64,000 bases of DNA from Piromyces finnis finn. Taxonomy: Eukaryota > Fungi > Neocallimastigomycota. The stretch's first letter is position 1, and the number at the start of each line of letters is the position of its first letter. Location of the stretch: the NCBI GenBank assembly GCA_002104945.1, contig MCFH01000040.1:248001-312000 (forward strand). The letters run 5' to 3'. Under the pieces are notes generated by a model. That model saw nothing but the letters and a program-made list of their open reading frames with translations, was not told where the DNA came from and ran no database searches. Shown here in pieces: positions 24,024-35,610 of the stretch. The translations under genes and the position numbers were made by a program.

Positions 24024-27000
24024 TGTAATGTTGAACACTGAAAGAATAGATTAGGATATCTATTCTATTACAATAACACAAGATTTTGAAAAAATAAAAT
24101 AAAAAATTGTTTTATAAAATATCTTTTATTATAATAGAATTTTAATAATAACAATTACATCGATAAAATGATGAAAAATATCTTCTATTTATATTTTTCC
24201 TAAATACATTTATATTATATTATAACTATTTATTTCTTATATATTATTATTTAAAATCTACACTAAAATCTTAATTATTAATAAATATTTAAACTATAAC
24301 TATTTTTAGTAAAATACAATTGGCAATTCAAATTAAGTACTATTTAATTTGAATATGTGCCCATGTATTATTGATATATTAATCATTTATTATTTATCTA
24401 TTTCTATAAAAAAACAATACTAAAACTAGGGATTTAAATTGAGAATATTAATTTGCTTGTTAAACATTAAAAATAAATTAATAATTTATTTTGTTTTAAA
24501 CTTTAATTATTAATAAATAAATTATGTCTCATTTTCTTTTTCTGAATATAATTTGTGTAACTTAAACAATAATACTTGTGGCTTAAGTTACATTAAAGAT
24601 ATCAAACAGAGGCGTTTGATATCTTTACAATCTCTCTCTCTAAGTCGAGCTCCTGCGAGATTAATTTATAAGGAATCTTTTCTCGAAGGAATTTCAATTA
24701 CAAATGGTTGGTATCTGTGCTTGATTAGATTACCAACTTTATTCTTTCTAATTTTCATGGAGGAGTCGTTCGACTTATATTTTGACTTTTTAGAGTTTCT
24801 TTCAAACTCTTGTATTAATTGTTTATCTGGAATCTGATCTTCAGAAATCCAAGTGGATTTGTCAAATCCTTTCCATGATAACTTATAAAATGTTTCACCA
24901 TTAACAGATTTCATCTCTTCAATTTTCTCTGGAATTTTTTCAATTAAATCTGTGTTAAGGTGAATGTTCCTCTTCCTACGATTAGACCTGTCGTTAAACT
25001 TGTTTTCAAAGTATGGTTCTAACAATGAAACATGAAAGACTGGATGACATCTCATTGTCTTTGGAAGTTTCAATTTGAAAGCGAGAGAACTAACTTTTCC
25101 AATTATCTCAAATGGGCCAAGCATTTGAGGTGCTAATTTTCTCTTTAGGTTAGTTCCAGGAGAATCTTTCAATAACCATACCTTCTTTCCCACTTCGAAC
25201 TCCGGGGGAATCATTCTCTTCATATCGGCATATTTCTTATATGTTTCTTTTGCTTTTTCTAAGTTTTCTTTTAATAATTTAAAGTTTTCATTCATATCAA
25301 TTACTCTTTGTTCAGCTCTACTAGGTCTATCATTAGCTGGAATTTCTAAGCTGAACTTTGGATGAAAACCATAATTAGCAAAGAATGGAGATTGATTTAT
25401 AGATTGTTGTAAAGTATTATTATATGCAAATTCAGCAAATGGGATAAGATCAACCCAGTTATTCTGCTTTTTATTGATAAAACAACGGAAATATTGTTCT
25501 AATATGCCGTTCACCCTCTCCGTTTGACCATCTGTCTGCGGATGGTTGGCAGTTGATAATGAATGATTGATATTAAGAAGGTCACAAAGTCTTGACCAAA
25601 AGTCAGAAGTAAATTGCGAGCCTCTATCAGAAATGATGGAATCAGGAAGACCATGCAAACGGAAGACATTGGCAATAAAAGCATCAGCAGCAATTGAAGC
25701 AGTAGGAAGACAACGTAAAGGAATGGCGTGAGCAAATTTAGTAAATCTATCGACAACAACCATGAGAGTTGTCATATCTCTGGACTTAGGAAGATCAACA
25801 ATAAAATCAATAGAAATATCAGACCAGGGCCTACTGGGAGTGTCCAAAGGGGATAACAATCCATAAGGCTTATGTCTGGGGACTTTGGATTTGCAACAAG
25901 TCACGCAAGATTTGATAAAAGATTTAACGTCTGAATGAAACCTTGGCCACCAAAAGTTTCTGGAAATCAGTTCAGTGGTTTTCTTAATACCGAAATGACC
26001 AGCAGCAACAGAATCATGATGAAGTTCCAAAACTCTTGTCCTAAGAGATTTAGGAACATAAATAAGATTATTATATAACAAAAATCCTTCGTTATCAATA
26101 ATAACTTTATCAATATTTTTAATAGGTGCATTACATGCAGAACCATTCATTTTAAATTGGACAATAGAATTATACAAATCGTCATTTTTAAGTTCTAATA
26201 AAATAGAATCGATTAACGGTTTGTTATCGCTATGATGAAACGAAATAGTAAGACAAGAAACATCAGAATTAATATTATTCTCTACATGGTCACTTCTACG
26301 AGACAGGATATCAGGCTTACCGGATTTCTTTCCAGCTCTATAAATGAGTTTAAAATCAAATCTGGATAAGAACAAATTCCATCTAATTTGTCTCTGAGAT
26401 AACATTTCAGGTTTTCTAGGAAATGTTAAATTCTTGTGATCAGTATAAATTATGAACGGATGGCGTGCACCTTCTAAATAATGACGCCATTCTTCAAGAG
26501 CAACTACAATAGCTAAAAGTTCCTTGTCATATATAGGATAGTTTCTTTGACAACTCGTCAAACTTTTAGAAAGAAATGCAATAGGATGTAATTTGCCATC
26601 AAATTCTTGAGAGAGAATAGCACCGACAGCATAATTACTAGCATCAGTTTCAACAATAAATTGTTTATTACTATCCGCATGTTTCAAAATAGGAGCTGAC
26701 GTGAACAGAGATTTTAATAAAATAAAAGCGTCCTGATCTTCTTTCACCCAGTTAAAAGCAACATTCTTTCTAGTGAGTTTGTGAAGAGGGTTTGCAATTT
26801 TAGCAAAGTCTTTAATAAAAATTCTGTAATAGTTGCATAAACCAATAAAAGACTGAACCTCTTTAACATTCTTGGGAACCGGCCAATCGAGAATTGCTTT
26901 AACTTTATTTTCGTCCATTTGCAATCCATCCTTTGAAATGACATAACCAAGAAAAGTGGTTTTCTCAACATCAAACTCACATTTTTCTAATTTAACATAA

Positions 27001-30000
27001 AGATTATTTTCAAGTAGTTTCTTAAGTACCTTTTTAACATGCTCATGATGCTCTTCGATATTATTAGAATAAATAAGGATATCATCAATATACGAGATAA
27101 CAAAATCGTCTAAATAGTCACTAAGGACATCGTTAATGAAGTGTTGAAAAGTTGCAGGTGCATTCTTTAATCCAAAAGGCATAACCAGATATTCAAAATG
27201 TCCATATCTAGTACGAAAAGCCGTTTTGTATTCATCACCTTCTTTAATACGAACAAGATTATAAGCGGATTTAAGGTCTAATTTAGTAAAAATCTTAGCA
27301 TTTTTCACCCTATCCAAAAGGTCACTAATTAAAGGTAAAGGATATGAATTACGAATGGTAATATCATTCAACTTTCTATAATCGATACAAAGTCTTAGGG
27401 AGCCATCCTTCTTTTTAACAAATAAAATTGGGGCACCAGCAGGAGACGATGATTTCCTAATAAAACCTTTATTTAAATTATCATCAATATATTTTTTAAG
27501 TTCCTCTCTTTCAACTTCAGTTAATGGATACAAAGGTCCATAAAATAAAGTCGAATCATCTTTAAGTTTGATTTCACAATCATAAGGTCTATGAGGAGGT
27601 AACACTTCACAATTTTTTTCATTAAACACTTCACTAAATTCTAAATATTGGGTTGGTACGGCGACCAATTTATCTTTATTAATATCTTTTTCATTATCAT
27701 TATTACTACATGATTCGTTATCATTATTACATGTTTCATTAATTTTTGTTACAATACATTTAACTTTTTTATTAAAACTAATATATTCATCATCGCTATC
27801 ATCTTCATCATTGATGGTTCTAACAAGGCGGCCTTTAACATATTCTTTTTCTTCATTGTTTGGGACAGAGGGATCTACTTTCGGCTTTTTGGTCAAGCTT
27901 CGGTCGAGAACATCATGATCTAACTGATCATTCTTTGACTTCTTTCTTGGTTTTCTCTTTCTTTTGCCTTTATTACAATGTCTGGCACAATAACCAGAAC
28001 TAAAAGCGATTTTCTTAGAGTCGTAGAAAGCATTTGGATTATGCTTCTTTATCCACGGCAAACCAAGAATAACATCAACACCGGGGACTTGTAATCCATA
28101 AAGTTGAATTACTTCGAAGTGATTTTTGCAACGGAGCATGCACTTCTCAGTCCTTTCCCAAACACTAACAACTCCATCACTAACACCTGAAACACGGAAT
28201 GGTTCCACTTTTTCCAAATTAATACCAAGTTCTTCAGCAAGACTTGGATTAATGAAATTTAATTCAGAACCGGAATCAATTAAAACCTTAATTTTAACTT
28301 CCGAAACTTCATTGGTACTCAAGTAAAAGTCCACAAGGTTTAAATCACTTTTCACTCCCTTGACTCCAACTTTGTAAATTTTTGGATTAACAATTTTTGG
28401 AGTCCTTTCTTTAACAATTCTTAACACTTTTCTGGGCTTTACTCTATTAGGACAATTAAACTTTAAATGTCCCGGTTGTTTACAAAGAAAACATAACCCT
28501 TTTTTCTTTTCTTCTTCAAAGTTATCTATGTTTTCATTGTAATTTTTACTTGATCCTTGAATATTCACATACCTTTTTCGTTTATTCTCTCTACTAATTT
28601 TAAATACATCCACATCCATAGGATCATTAGCCCTTCTACCATTAAAATAAAATTCACTTAAAGAATTCCTTTTCATCATATCTTCAACTAAAATAGTTGA
28701 AGAAATCAATTGTTCAATTGAAGTTGGGTTTGATTCAATGAAAGCCAACTTCTCCCTAAGTGGTGGTAATAAACCTTTCAGAAACATGTAGATTTTTGCG
28801 CTATCATTAAAGCTTGAATTTTGGCTAATACGTTGAAACTCGGTAATGTAATCTAATACCTGACCAAGTTTCCTTTGGCGAAGATTATCTAATTTTCCGT
28901 TAGCTACAACGGTATCGTATCTATAACTGCCAAAATTAGCCTTCAACCTATCTACAAATTCATCATAATGGTTTAAAACCCCACTATTATTCTTCATCAA
29001 CACTGAAGCCCATTCCAAAGGTTTACCAGAGAAGTATGATATAACGAAGTCGACCTTGACTCGATCTGTATTATACAGTGTCGGTCGAGTACGAAATACC
29101 AACTCCACTCTAGTTAAAAATCCATCTAATTCACGTTGTTTACCAGAGAATATCGGTGGAGCATTAATAATGTTCCCCGAGTTCCCGGAAACACCCACAT
29201 TCCTATCACCCATTTCCAAATTCAAATTTTCAAATTCACTAATTAAACCCTCCAACTTACTAAAATAAATAAAATGTTTTCTTACTACTATTTCAAGTAA
29301 GTAATTTTTTTTTTTTTTTTTTTTTAATTATTTATAAAAGATAATTTTAGTATATCAAACAATACAAAAGTTATTCAGACGCGTTCTGCAAAAGCAGTGT
29401 CGAACAAGTTTTGTACTACTAATCAATCCTTAATGGTTATTCTTGGTCCTTTCTTCCCACTCGGCGGCGGTAGATTCAATTTCAACCCAGTAGTTATTCC
29501 TTCTTTTTTCTTCTTTTACTCGGCGGTAGACTCAATTTCAACCCAGTAGTTATTCCTTCTTTTTTCTTCTTTTACTCGGCGGTAGATACCCTAACGTATT
29601 CTTGGTTTTCGTTAGGTAATTGTTATTGTAATGGCGACACAGAAAGAATAGATTAGGATATCTATTCTATTACAATAACACAAAATTTGAAAAATAAAAT
29701 AAAAAATTGTTTTATAAAATATCTTTTATTATAATAGAATTTTAATAATAACAATTACATCGATAAAATGATGAAAAATATCTTCTATTTATATTTTTCC
29801 TAAATACATTTATATTATATTATAACTATTTATTTCTTATATATTATTATTTAAAATCTACACTAAAATCTTAATTATTAATAAATATTTAAACTATAAC
29901 TATTTTTAGTAAAATACAATTGGCAATTCAAATTAAGTACTATTTAATTTGAATATGTGCCCATGTATTATTGATATATTAATCATTTATTATTTATCTA

Positions 30001-30230
30001 TTTCTATAAAAAAAACAATACTAAAACTAGGGATTTAAATTGAGAATATTAATTTACTTGTTAAACATTAAAAATAAATTAATAATTTATTTTGTTTTAA
30101 ACTTTAATTATTAATAAATAAATTATGTCTCATTTTCTTTTTCTGAATATAATTTGTGTAACTTAAACAATAATACTTGTGGCTTAAGTTACATTAAAGA
30201 TATCAAACAGAGGCGTTTGATGTCTTTACA
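24024..30230 (-). mobile_element. Ty3/gypsy B1 (3' LTR 24024-24629; recombinant 5' LTR 29627-30230)
   Basis: LTR pair differs at U3 and U5 diagnostic sites; PBS 29616-29626; 56-bp leader repeats 29465-29586; no TSD. Confidence 0.92.
24666..29255 (-). CDS. Intact Gag-Pol of B1 (1529 aa from TTG; first ATG at 29213)
   Basis: All gypsy domains present; about 98% similar to the B2 protein by inspection. Confidence 0.94.
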   Translation of the reverse strand: MEGLISEFENLNLEMGDRNVGVSGNSGNIINAPPIFSGKQRELDGFLTRVELVFRTRPTLYNTDRVKVDFVISYFSGKPLEWASVLMKNNSGVLNHYDEFVDRLKANFGSYRYDTVVANGKLDNLRQRKLGQVLDYITEFQRISQNSSFNDSAKIYMFLKGLLPPLREKLAFIESNPTSIEQLISSTILVEDMMKRNSLSEFYFNGRRANDPMDVDVFKISRENKRKRYVNIQGSSKNYNENIDNFEEEKKKGLCFLCKQPGHLKFNCPNRVKPRKVLRIVKERTPKIVNPKIYKVGVKGVKSDLNLVDFYLSTNEVSEVKIKVLIDSGSELNFINPSLAEELGINLEKVEPFRVSGVSDGVVSVWERTEKCMLRCKNHFEVIQLYGLQVPGVDVILGLPWIKKHNPNAFYDSKKIAFSSGYCARHCNKGKRKRKPRKKSKNDQLDHDVLDRSLTKKPKVDPSVPNNEEKEYVKGRLVRTINDEDDSDDEYISFNKKVKCIVTKINETCNNDNESCSNNDNEKDINKDKLVAVPTQYLEFSEVFNEKNCEVLPPHRPYDCEIKLKDDSTLFYGPLYPLTEVEREELKKYIDDNLNKGFIRKSSSPAGAPILFVKKKDGSLRLCIDYRKLNDITIRNSYPLPLISDLLDRVKNAKIFTKLDLKSAYNLVRIKEGDEYKTAFRTRYGHFEYLVMPFGLKNAPATFQHFINDVLSDYLDDFVISYIDDILIYSNNIEEHHEHVKKVLKKLLENNLYVKLEKCEFDVEKTTFLGYVISKDGLQMDENKVKAILDWPVPKNVKEVQSFIGLCNYYRIFIKDFAKIANPLHKLTRKNVAFNWVKEDQDAFILLKSLFTSAPILKHADSNKQFIVETDASNYAVGAILSQEFDGKLHPIAFLSKSLTSCQRNYPIYDKELLAIVVALEEWRHYLEGARHPFIIYTDHKNLTFPRKPEMLSQRQIRWNLFLSRFDFKLIYRAGKKSGKPDILSRRSDHVENNINSDVSCLTISFHHSDNKPLIDSILLELKNDDLYNSIVQFKMNGSACNAPIKNIDKVIIDNEGFLLYNNLIYVPKSLRTRVLELHHDSVAAGHFGIKKTTELISRNFWWPRFHSDVKSFIKSCVTCCKSKVPRHKPYGLLSPLDTPSRPWSDISIDFIVDLPKSRDMTTLMVVVDRFTKFAHAIPLRCLPTASIAADAFIANVFRLHGLPDSIISDRGSQFTSDFWSRLCDLLNINHSLSTANHPQTDGQTERVNGILEQYFRCFINKKQNNWVDLIPFAEFAYNNTLQQSINQSPFFANYGFHPKFSLEIPANDRPSRAEQRVIDMNENFKLLKENLEKAKETYKKYADMKRMIPPEFEVGKKVWLLKDSPGTNLKRKLAPQMLGPFEIIGKVSSLAFKLKLPKTMRCHPVFHVSLLEPYFENKFNDRSNRRKRNIHLNTDLIEKIPEKIEEMKSVNGETFYKLSWKGFDKSTWISEDQIPDKQLIQEFERNSKKSKYKSNDSSMKIRKNKVGNLIKHRYQPFVIEIPSRKDSL

Positions 30231-31197
30231 GTAAATGATTTCATTTTTGAAGCATTAATATTTTTTGTTAGAACGTCTGCTAACATTTCATTAGTATTTT
30301 TATATTCCATTTTTATTTTGTTCTTACTTATATTGTCCTTATTAAAATAATATTTGATTGATATGCGTTTTAATTTGGTATTAATTTCCCCATTTTCTAT
30401 ACTAATTTTTGAGGTCATATTATCCGTGAAAATAGTGATGGGATATTTTTTATTGAATAATTCAATTAGAATATTTCTTATCCATAGTACCTTTTTAGCA
30501 CATTCTGAGGTACTAATATATTCAGCTTCAGTAGTCGAAGTTGCAACAATTGTTTGTTTTTTAGAATACCAGCATAGGAGAATTTCCCATAAGTATTATA
30601 TGTCCTGAAGTTGATTTACGATCTTCATTATCTCCAGCAAAATCAGAGTCTGAATACGCGTGAATTTTACCCTTTCCATTATACATTAATTTAAAATGTT
30701 TGGTAGTATTTAAATATTTTAATATATTTATAACCTTTTTCCAGTCACTAACATTTGGTTTTTCACTATGTCTAGCTGCCTTATGTACAGAAAATGATAT
30801 ATCAGGACGTGTGCATTTGGCGAGATATATTAATGAACCTAATACGCTTTTATAAATTGTTGTATCAAATAAAGTTTTGTTTTCGCTTATATAATTATCA
30901 CCCGTGCATGGAGTATAAGTTTTACTTATATTGTTAATATTAAAATTCTTTAATAGATTTTCTATAAAATTTCTTTGATGGATAAAATATGAATTATTCT
31001 CTCTTTCTATTGTAATTCCTAAAATGTATTTAGCTGGTTCACAATTAGAAATTTTAAATCTTGATGTAATTCTATTTATTATAAATTTTATATAATTATC
31101 GAATCCTGTGATTATCATATCATCAACATATATTCCTATGATACACATGATATTTTTATTATTTGATTTTGTAAATATGCATTGTTCAGAATTTAAT
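30231..31197 (-). pseudogene. Inverted 967-bp duplicate of the copia-A RT/RNase H segment 43819-44785
   Basis: Identical translated ORFs, the same frameshift (..SPMLVF*) and the same gypsy insertion junction (tttac|tgtaaagacatc). Confidence 0.93.
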
Positions 31198-31199
31198 AA

Positions 31200-31360
31200 T
31201 GTAAAGATATCAAACAGAGGCGTTTGATATCTTTACATTATTAAAATTCTATTATAATAAAAGATATTTTATAAAACAATTTTTTATTTTATTTTTCAAA
31301 TTTTGTGTTATTGTAATAGAATAGATATCCTAATCTATTCTTTCAGTGTTCAACATTACA
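31200..31360. repeat. B-family LTR fragments: 38-nt perfect palindrome from the U3 start (31200-31237) plus an R-U5 fragment (31238-31360, +)
   Basis: tgtaaagatatcaaac-agaggc-gtttgatatctttaca, then sequence matching the LTR from the R start to ..cagtgttcaacattaca. Confidence 0.9.
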
Positions 31361-34300
31361 CACTTTTAGAAAATATCGAAAGAATTGGAAATAACATCAA
31401 TAAACCTTACTATAGTAGATTCACCAAACTTTCAAAAACACTGCCTACTCAATTTGCAGAGAAATGTTTAAAGGAACTCTCAAAACTACCAGTTAAGGAT
31501 CCTAGAATAAACTTCAGCGAACAGGATCAAGAAAATAAAACTATTTATTATGAATTTATTAATATCATATTCAAAGCTTTCGCTGAAATCGAAGGAAACA
31601 AAAATTTAAAAGAAGACCTTAAATCCTTTATTAATCAAACTAGAATAACTAATACCCAAAACAACAAGGTCAATGTAAACAGTAAAAATAGCACACCAAA
31701 ACAGACAGTTAAACATACTATTCATAGGAAATCATATGATAATGGGAGGCCAATTTCATCACATCAGTTAGATGAAAATATTATAGATACTAACATTTGT
31801 CACACTCAACGAAATATATTAACTAATGAATACATCCATAACACAACGGAATCAATAAAGAACTCCAAGTATTTAAATAACCCAAGATTTGGAGGGAAAA
31901 TGCATTATAACAAAGCATTAATCCTCGACAATAAAAACAATGCTAAATTTGGAATCGTATTACTAGATTCAGGATCTTCGGGAAACTGTATCGGCGAAAA
32001 CATAGTTAAAAATCTAGAAGTTAAAAGATATCACAATAATATCAATCATACTATTCAATCAGGGGAAACCATTACTGAGATCAAAGAATACTGCTATCTC
32101 ACCATTGGTATTGAGATAAAGAAAGGAACGTATTATTTCACAAATATTAAGCTCAATATCATGCCTATGAGCGGGCCCTTCAATCATCAAAAGAAAAACT
32201 TCTATTTTGACAAGATCATTCTTAACGATGATCTCCTCTTTAAAATGAAAAAACTACATCTTGACGCTAGCTACTATCCTTATTTTCTCAATTATGAAGA
32301 AAATCGCAGAGAAGAGTTACGCGAAGTCCTTCAAAAAAGACAATTTGTGTTGGATGAAGATTGGGATAAAAAATATTTAAACGATAAAGGAAGAATCGAA
32401 GCTAAAAAACAAACAAATAGAAGAGTAAATAAAAATCAAGTCCATAACACTGAAACCATCTCCTTAACAAATCAGGAAAAACAAAAAATCGAACAAAAGC
32501 TCCTCAAACAGAAACAGAGTAATCAAAGCTTTATAATATCAACTGATCATAAACAGGGTCTTGATGAGTACATCATTAAAGAAATACAAAACCTACCTCT
32601 AGAATTACAAGAATTTAAGCAGGTCTTTGAACCTCCACCAAAAGGAAAAATCTTTGACAGAAGAAAAGAAAACTTAAATGCCTACTTACCTTACGATAAA
32701 GAAAAGGTTAAACGACTCCCGATCATGCCACATATCAATTTAGATAAGGGTCAAGAGGATGCACTTGAACAGGAATTCAACGAATTAGAACAAAACGGAA
32801 AAATTGAAAGAGTTAGGGCAAGCTCTGCTTGTAATGTATTCAACGTACCCAAAAAAGATGGTACCTTTAGAACTGTGTTTAACTACGTCATGGTGAATAA
32901 TTGCCTTCACCACAACAATTATCCAATACCAAAGATTATCGAGTTAGTACATCGCGCCGCGCAATACAAGTTTCATATTCTCTTGGATTTGAGGAATGCT
33001 TACAATCAAATCTTCCTCGAACCAAAATATCGCTTCCTAACGAGCTTCAGATTTAGAAACCAAACTTACCAATGGAAGGTACTTCCCTTTGGACTTTCAA
33101 CCGCTCCATCCATTTTTCAGTCCATCCTTAATTTATTACTTAAAAAATATTTAAACAAAGGCATTGATATTTACCTAGATGATATTCACGTCTACGCCCA
33201 AGATAAACAAGAATGTTTAAAACTTTGCGCATACGTCCTGAAGAAATTTAAAGAGAATAATTTCTTTTGTAAACTTGAGAAATGTTTATTCTTCCCAAAT
33301 GAATTTGAGTACCTTGGATATAAAATCGGATACAATAAAATTCGTCCTATTTCAAATAAGACTATTGAAATTAAGGAATGCCATACACAAAAAGAATTCC
33401 AACAATTATACGGTTTTTTAAATTATTTTAAAGATTATGTTAATAATTTTACAGAAAGAACAAAAAATATTTCCTTAGGACTATCAAATAAAACCACCAT
33501 TTGGACTAAAGAAATGAATAACGAACTAAATTACTTCAAGGAACTTATTCCTAACCTTCCAGATTTAGCACCCTTCAAACCTAACCACGATATTTTTATC
33601 CTAACCGACGCATCGGATATCGGAATTGGTGCCGCAATTTTTCAAGCGGAGGCCCCCTATGTACACATTCAAAATTACATTTTAAGCAACGTATACAAGA
33701 ATAATATTAATCGTGAAATTATCGAAAGTCTATTCGGTCATAAACTTTGGACATTAAACGGACATTATAAAACAAATGGACGCGAAAATAATAAAATCGA
33801 TAAAGCCAAAAATCGTGAGGATATCGATCCACCAATTAAATTAAACGACGCAATGAACACATTTGAGACTAAGAATAAAAGTTTACCCGAATTAAAAAAG
33901 TATTTAAAACCCATAGGCTTTTTCTCCAGAAAACTAAATCCCACAGAAAGAAAATATTCAACCTTTGATAGAGAATTACTAGCTCTCTCAGATACTTTAC
34001 AACATTACAGATTACTCCTCCAACAGGGACAAAAAATATATTGCGCTACAGATCACAAGAACCTAGTTATTTACATTAATTCCGGATCCAAAGTTGAAAC
34101 AAATCGTAAATTAAGATTATTTGAAAACATCTGCAGCTACAATATAATCCCCTGCTATATAGAAGGCAAAGACAATAAAATCGCTGATTTACTTTCAAGA
34201 TTCATCAAAATGGAGAATGATACTGGAAATACTAACTATAGAAATCCAGAACAAGTCAACAATATTGAAGAAAATAATTCCCTGGATTTTCTAGTAAACG

Positions 34301-35001
34301 CTATCGAGCTCAAAGATCTAGAATCTCCCAATAAAGAAAAAGATGACAACAAGGAAGAAACTGACCTAAAGGTATTTAAAGCCACTATAGAATCATTTCT
34401 CGAAACAAACAAACAAAAGGAACTAAAAGATTATTTAGTAAATTGGTATAAAAATCAAGATTTATTATTCAAAGCATTAAAAGAACAAATTGTAGACTTA
34501 TTAAAAGAAAATACTTTCTTCGAGAAGCAATACAAGAAACAAATAAATCTCAGATGCCAAGATTTGAAAGAAGTTTTAGATAAAAGAGAAAGTTTCAGTT
34601 CTGAAATAAACAAAGTAAAAGACGAATTACGATCAATTCAAACAGGTAGTAGTCAAGCTGAAATTAAAAGAAAATTCGACCGAATAAATCAAAAACTGAA
34701 TGATTTAAGATATGACTTAAATCCAAAGGCAGAAAGAATAGAACTTACTAAGAAAGTAAATATGTCGGAAAAACAGATAACTGCCCAATGGAAAGAGATC
34801 GAAAATCTCAAGAGAATGATAGAAAAAATCGATAAAAGGATAACAGCTCTAATCATTGACAATGAATTAAAGGAAATCTTCCCCACTTCAGAAGATATTA
34901 TTAGTAATAACATAAAGAAAAGAAGGTTATCGAACTTTCAAGTAGAAATCGATTTGACCAATGAAAACAAAGGAAAACCAGAAAATGACGACATTGAATA
35001 A
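31361..35001 (+). CDS. Divergent Ty3-type polyprotein (protease, RT, RNase H) ending in a coiled-coil, no integrase; 5' truncated
   Basis: LLDSGSSGN, VPKKDG..LDLRNAYNQ..PFGLSTAP..YLDD, TDAS..FFSRKL..RELLAL..TDHKNL..KIADLLSR, then about 265 aa of E/K/L-rich heptad sequence. Confidence 0.88.
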
Positions 35002-35610
35002 TCTGGAATATCATTAGTTAGAATTATTTAATTAAACAAACTTAAATAATCTTATTAGTAATAGAATAATATTAATTAAAATAGTTAAAACCAAATAACA
35101 TGTATAAAAGGAAAGAAAATGTATTTTTAAAACATCAATTTTTTCTAATTTTTTATTACTTTGAATCTTTATTTACTTAAAATCTTTACTTACTTGAAAA
35201 TTTATCTCTTAACCTTTATTATTTTAATATTAAATTTTTATAAACCTTCAAAGTCGAAATTTTAATGTTACTTTTATAACTAAACCTTTTAACACCACTA
35301 AAATACTATAAAATAAATTCAGCAAGTTTGATACCAAACTCAAAGAGTCGTCCAGGTGTCATAAAGCTACTGAATAAAAAATAAGATATATTAAATAAAG
35401 ACAAATATAATAAACAGAAAAGATTCATAAACATTGTTTCACTTTAAGTGTAAAACTAAAATAAAGATTGAAAAGTTGAAAAATCCAAATTTCTAGGCCT
35501 TTTAATCTTAAAATTTATATTTTAGTTTATCTATACGAAAAACGGATACGTGAACTAAAGCCAGAAGTTATATATAATTCCCAATATTATATAAACCTAG
35601 TTACCTTTAA

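Noticed and set aside
31303-31360. ORF-track start (TTG 31303) for the 1232-aa ORF
   Set aside because: These codons lie in the inserted B-family U5 fragment; the true ORF is 5'-truncated at 31361.
35329-35336. TGATACCA as a caulimovirus-like tRNA-Met PBS for the integrase-less element
   Set aside because: Wrong strand, only 8 nt, and the local tRNAi acceptor stem predicts TGGTAGCAGCG.
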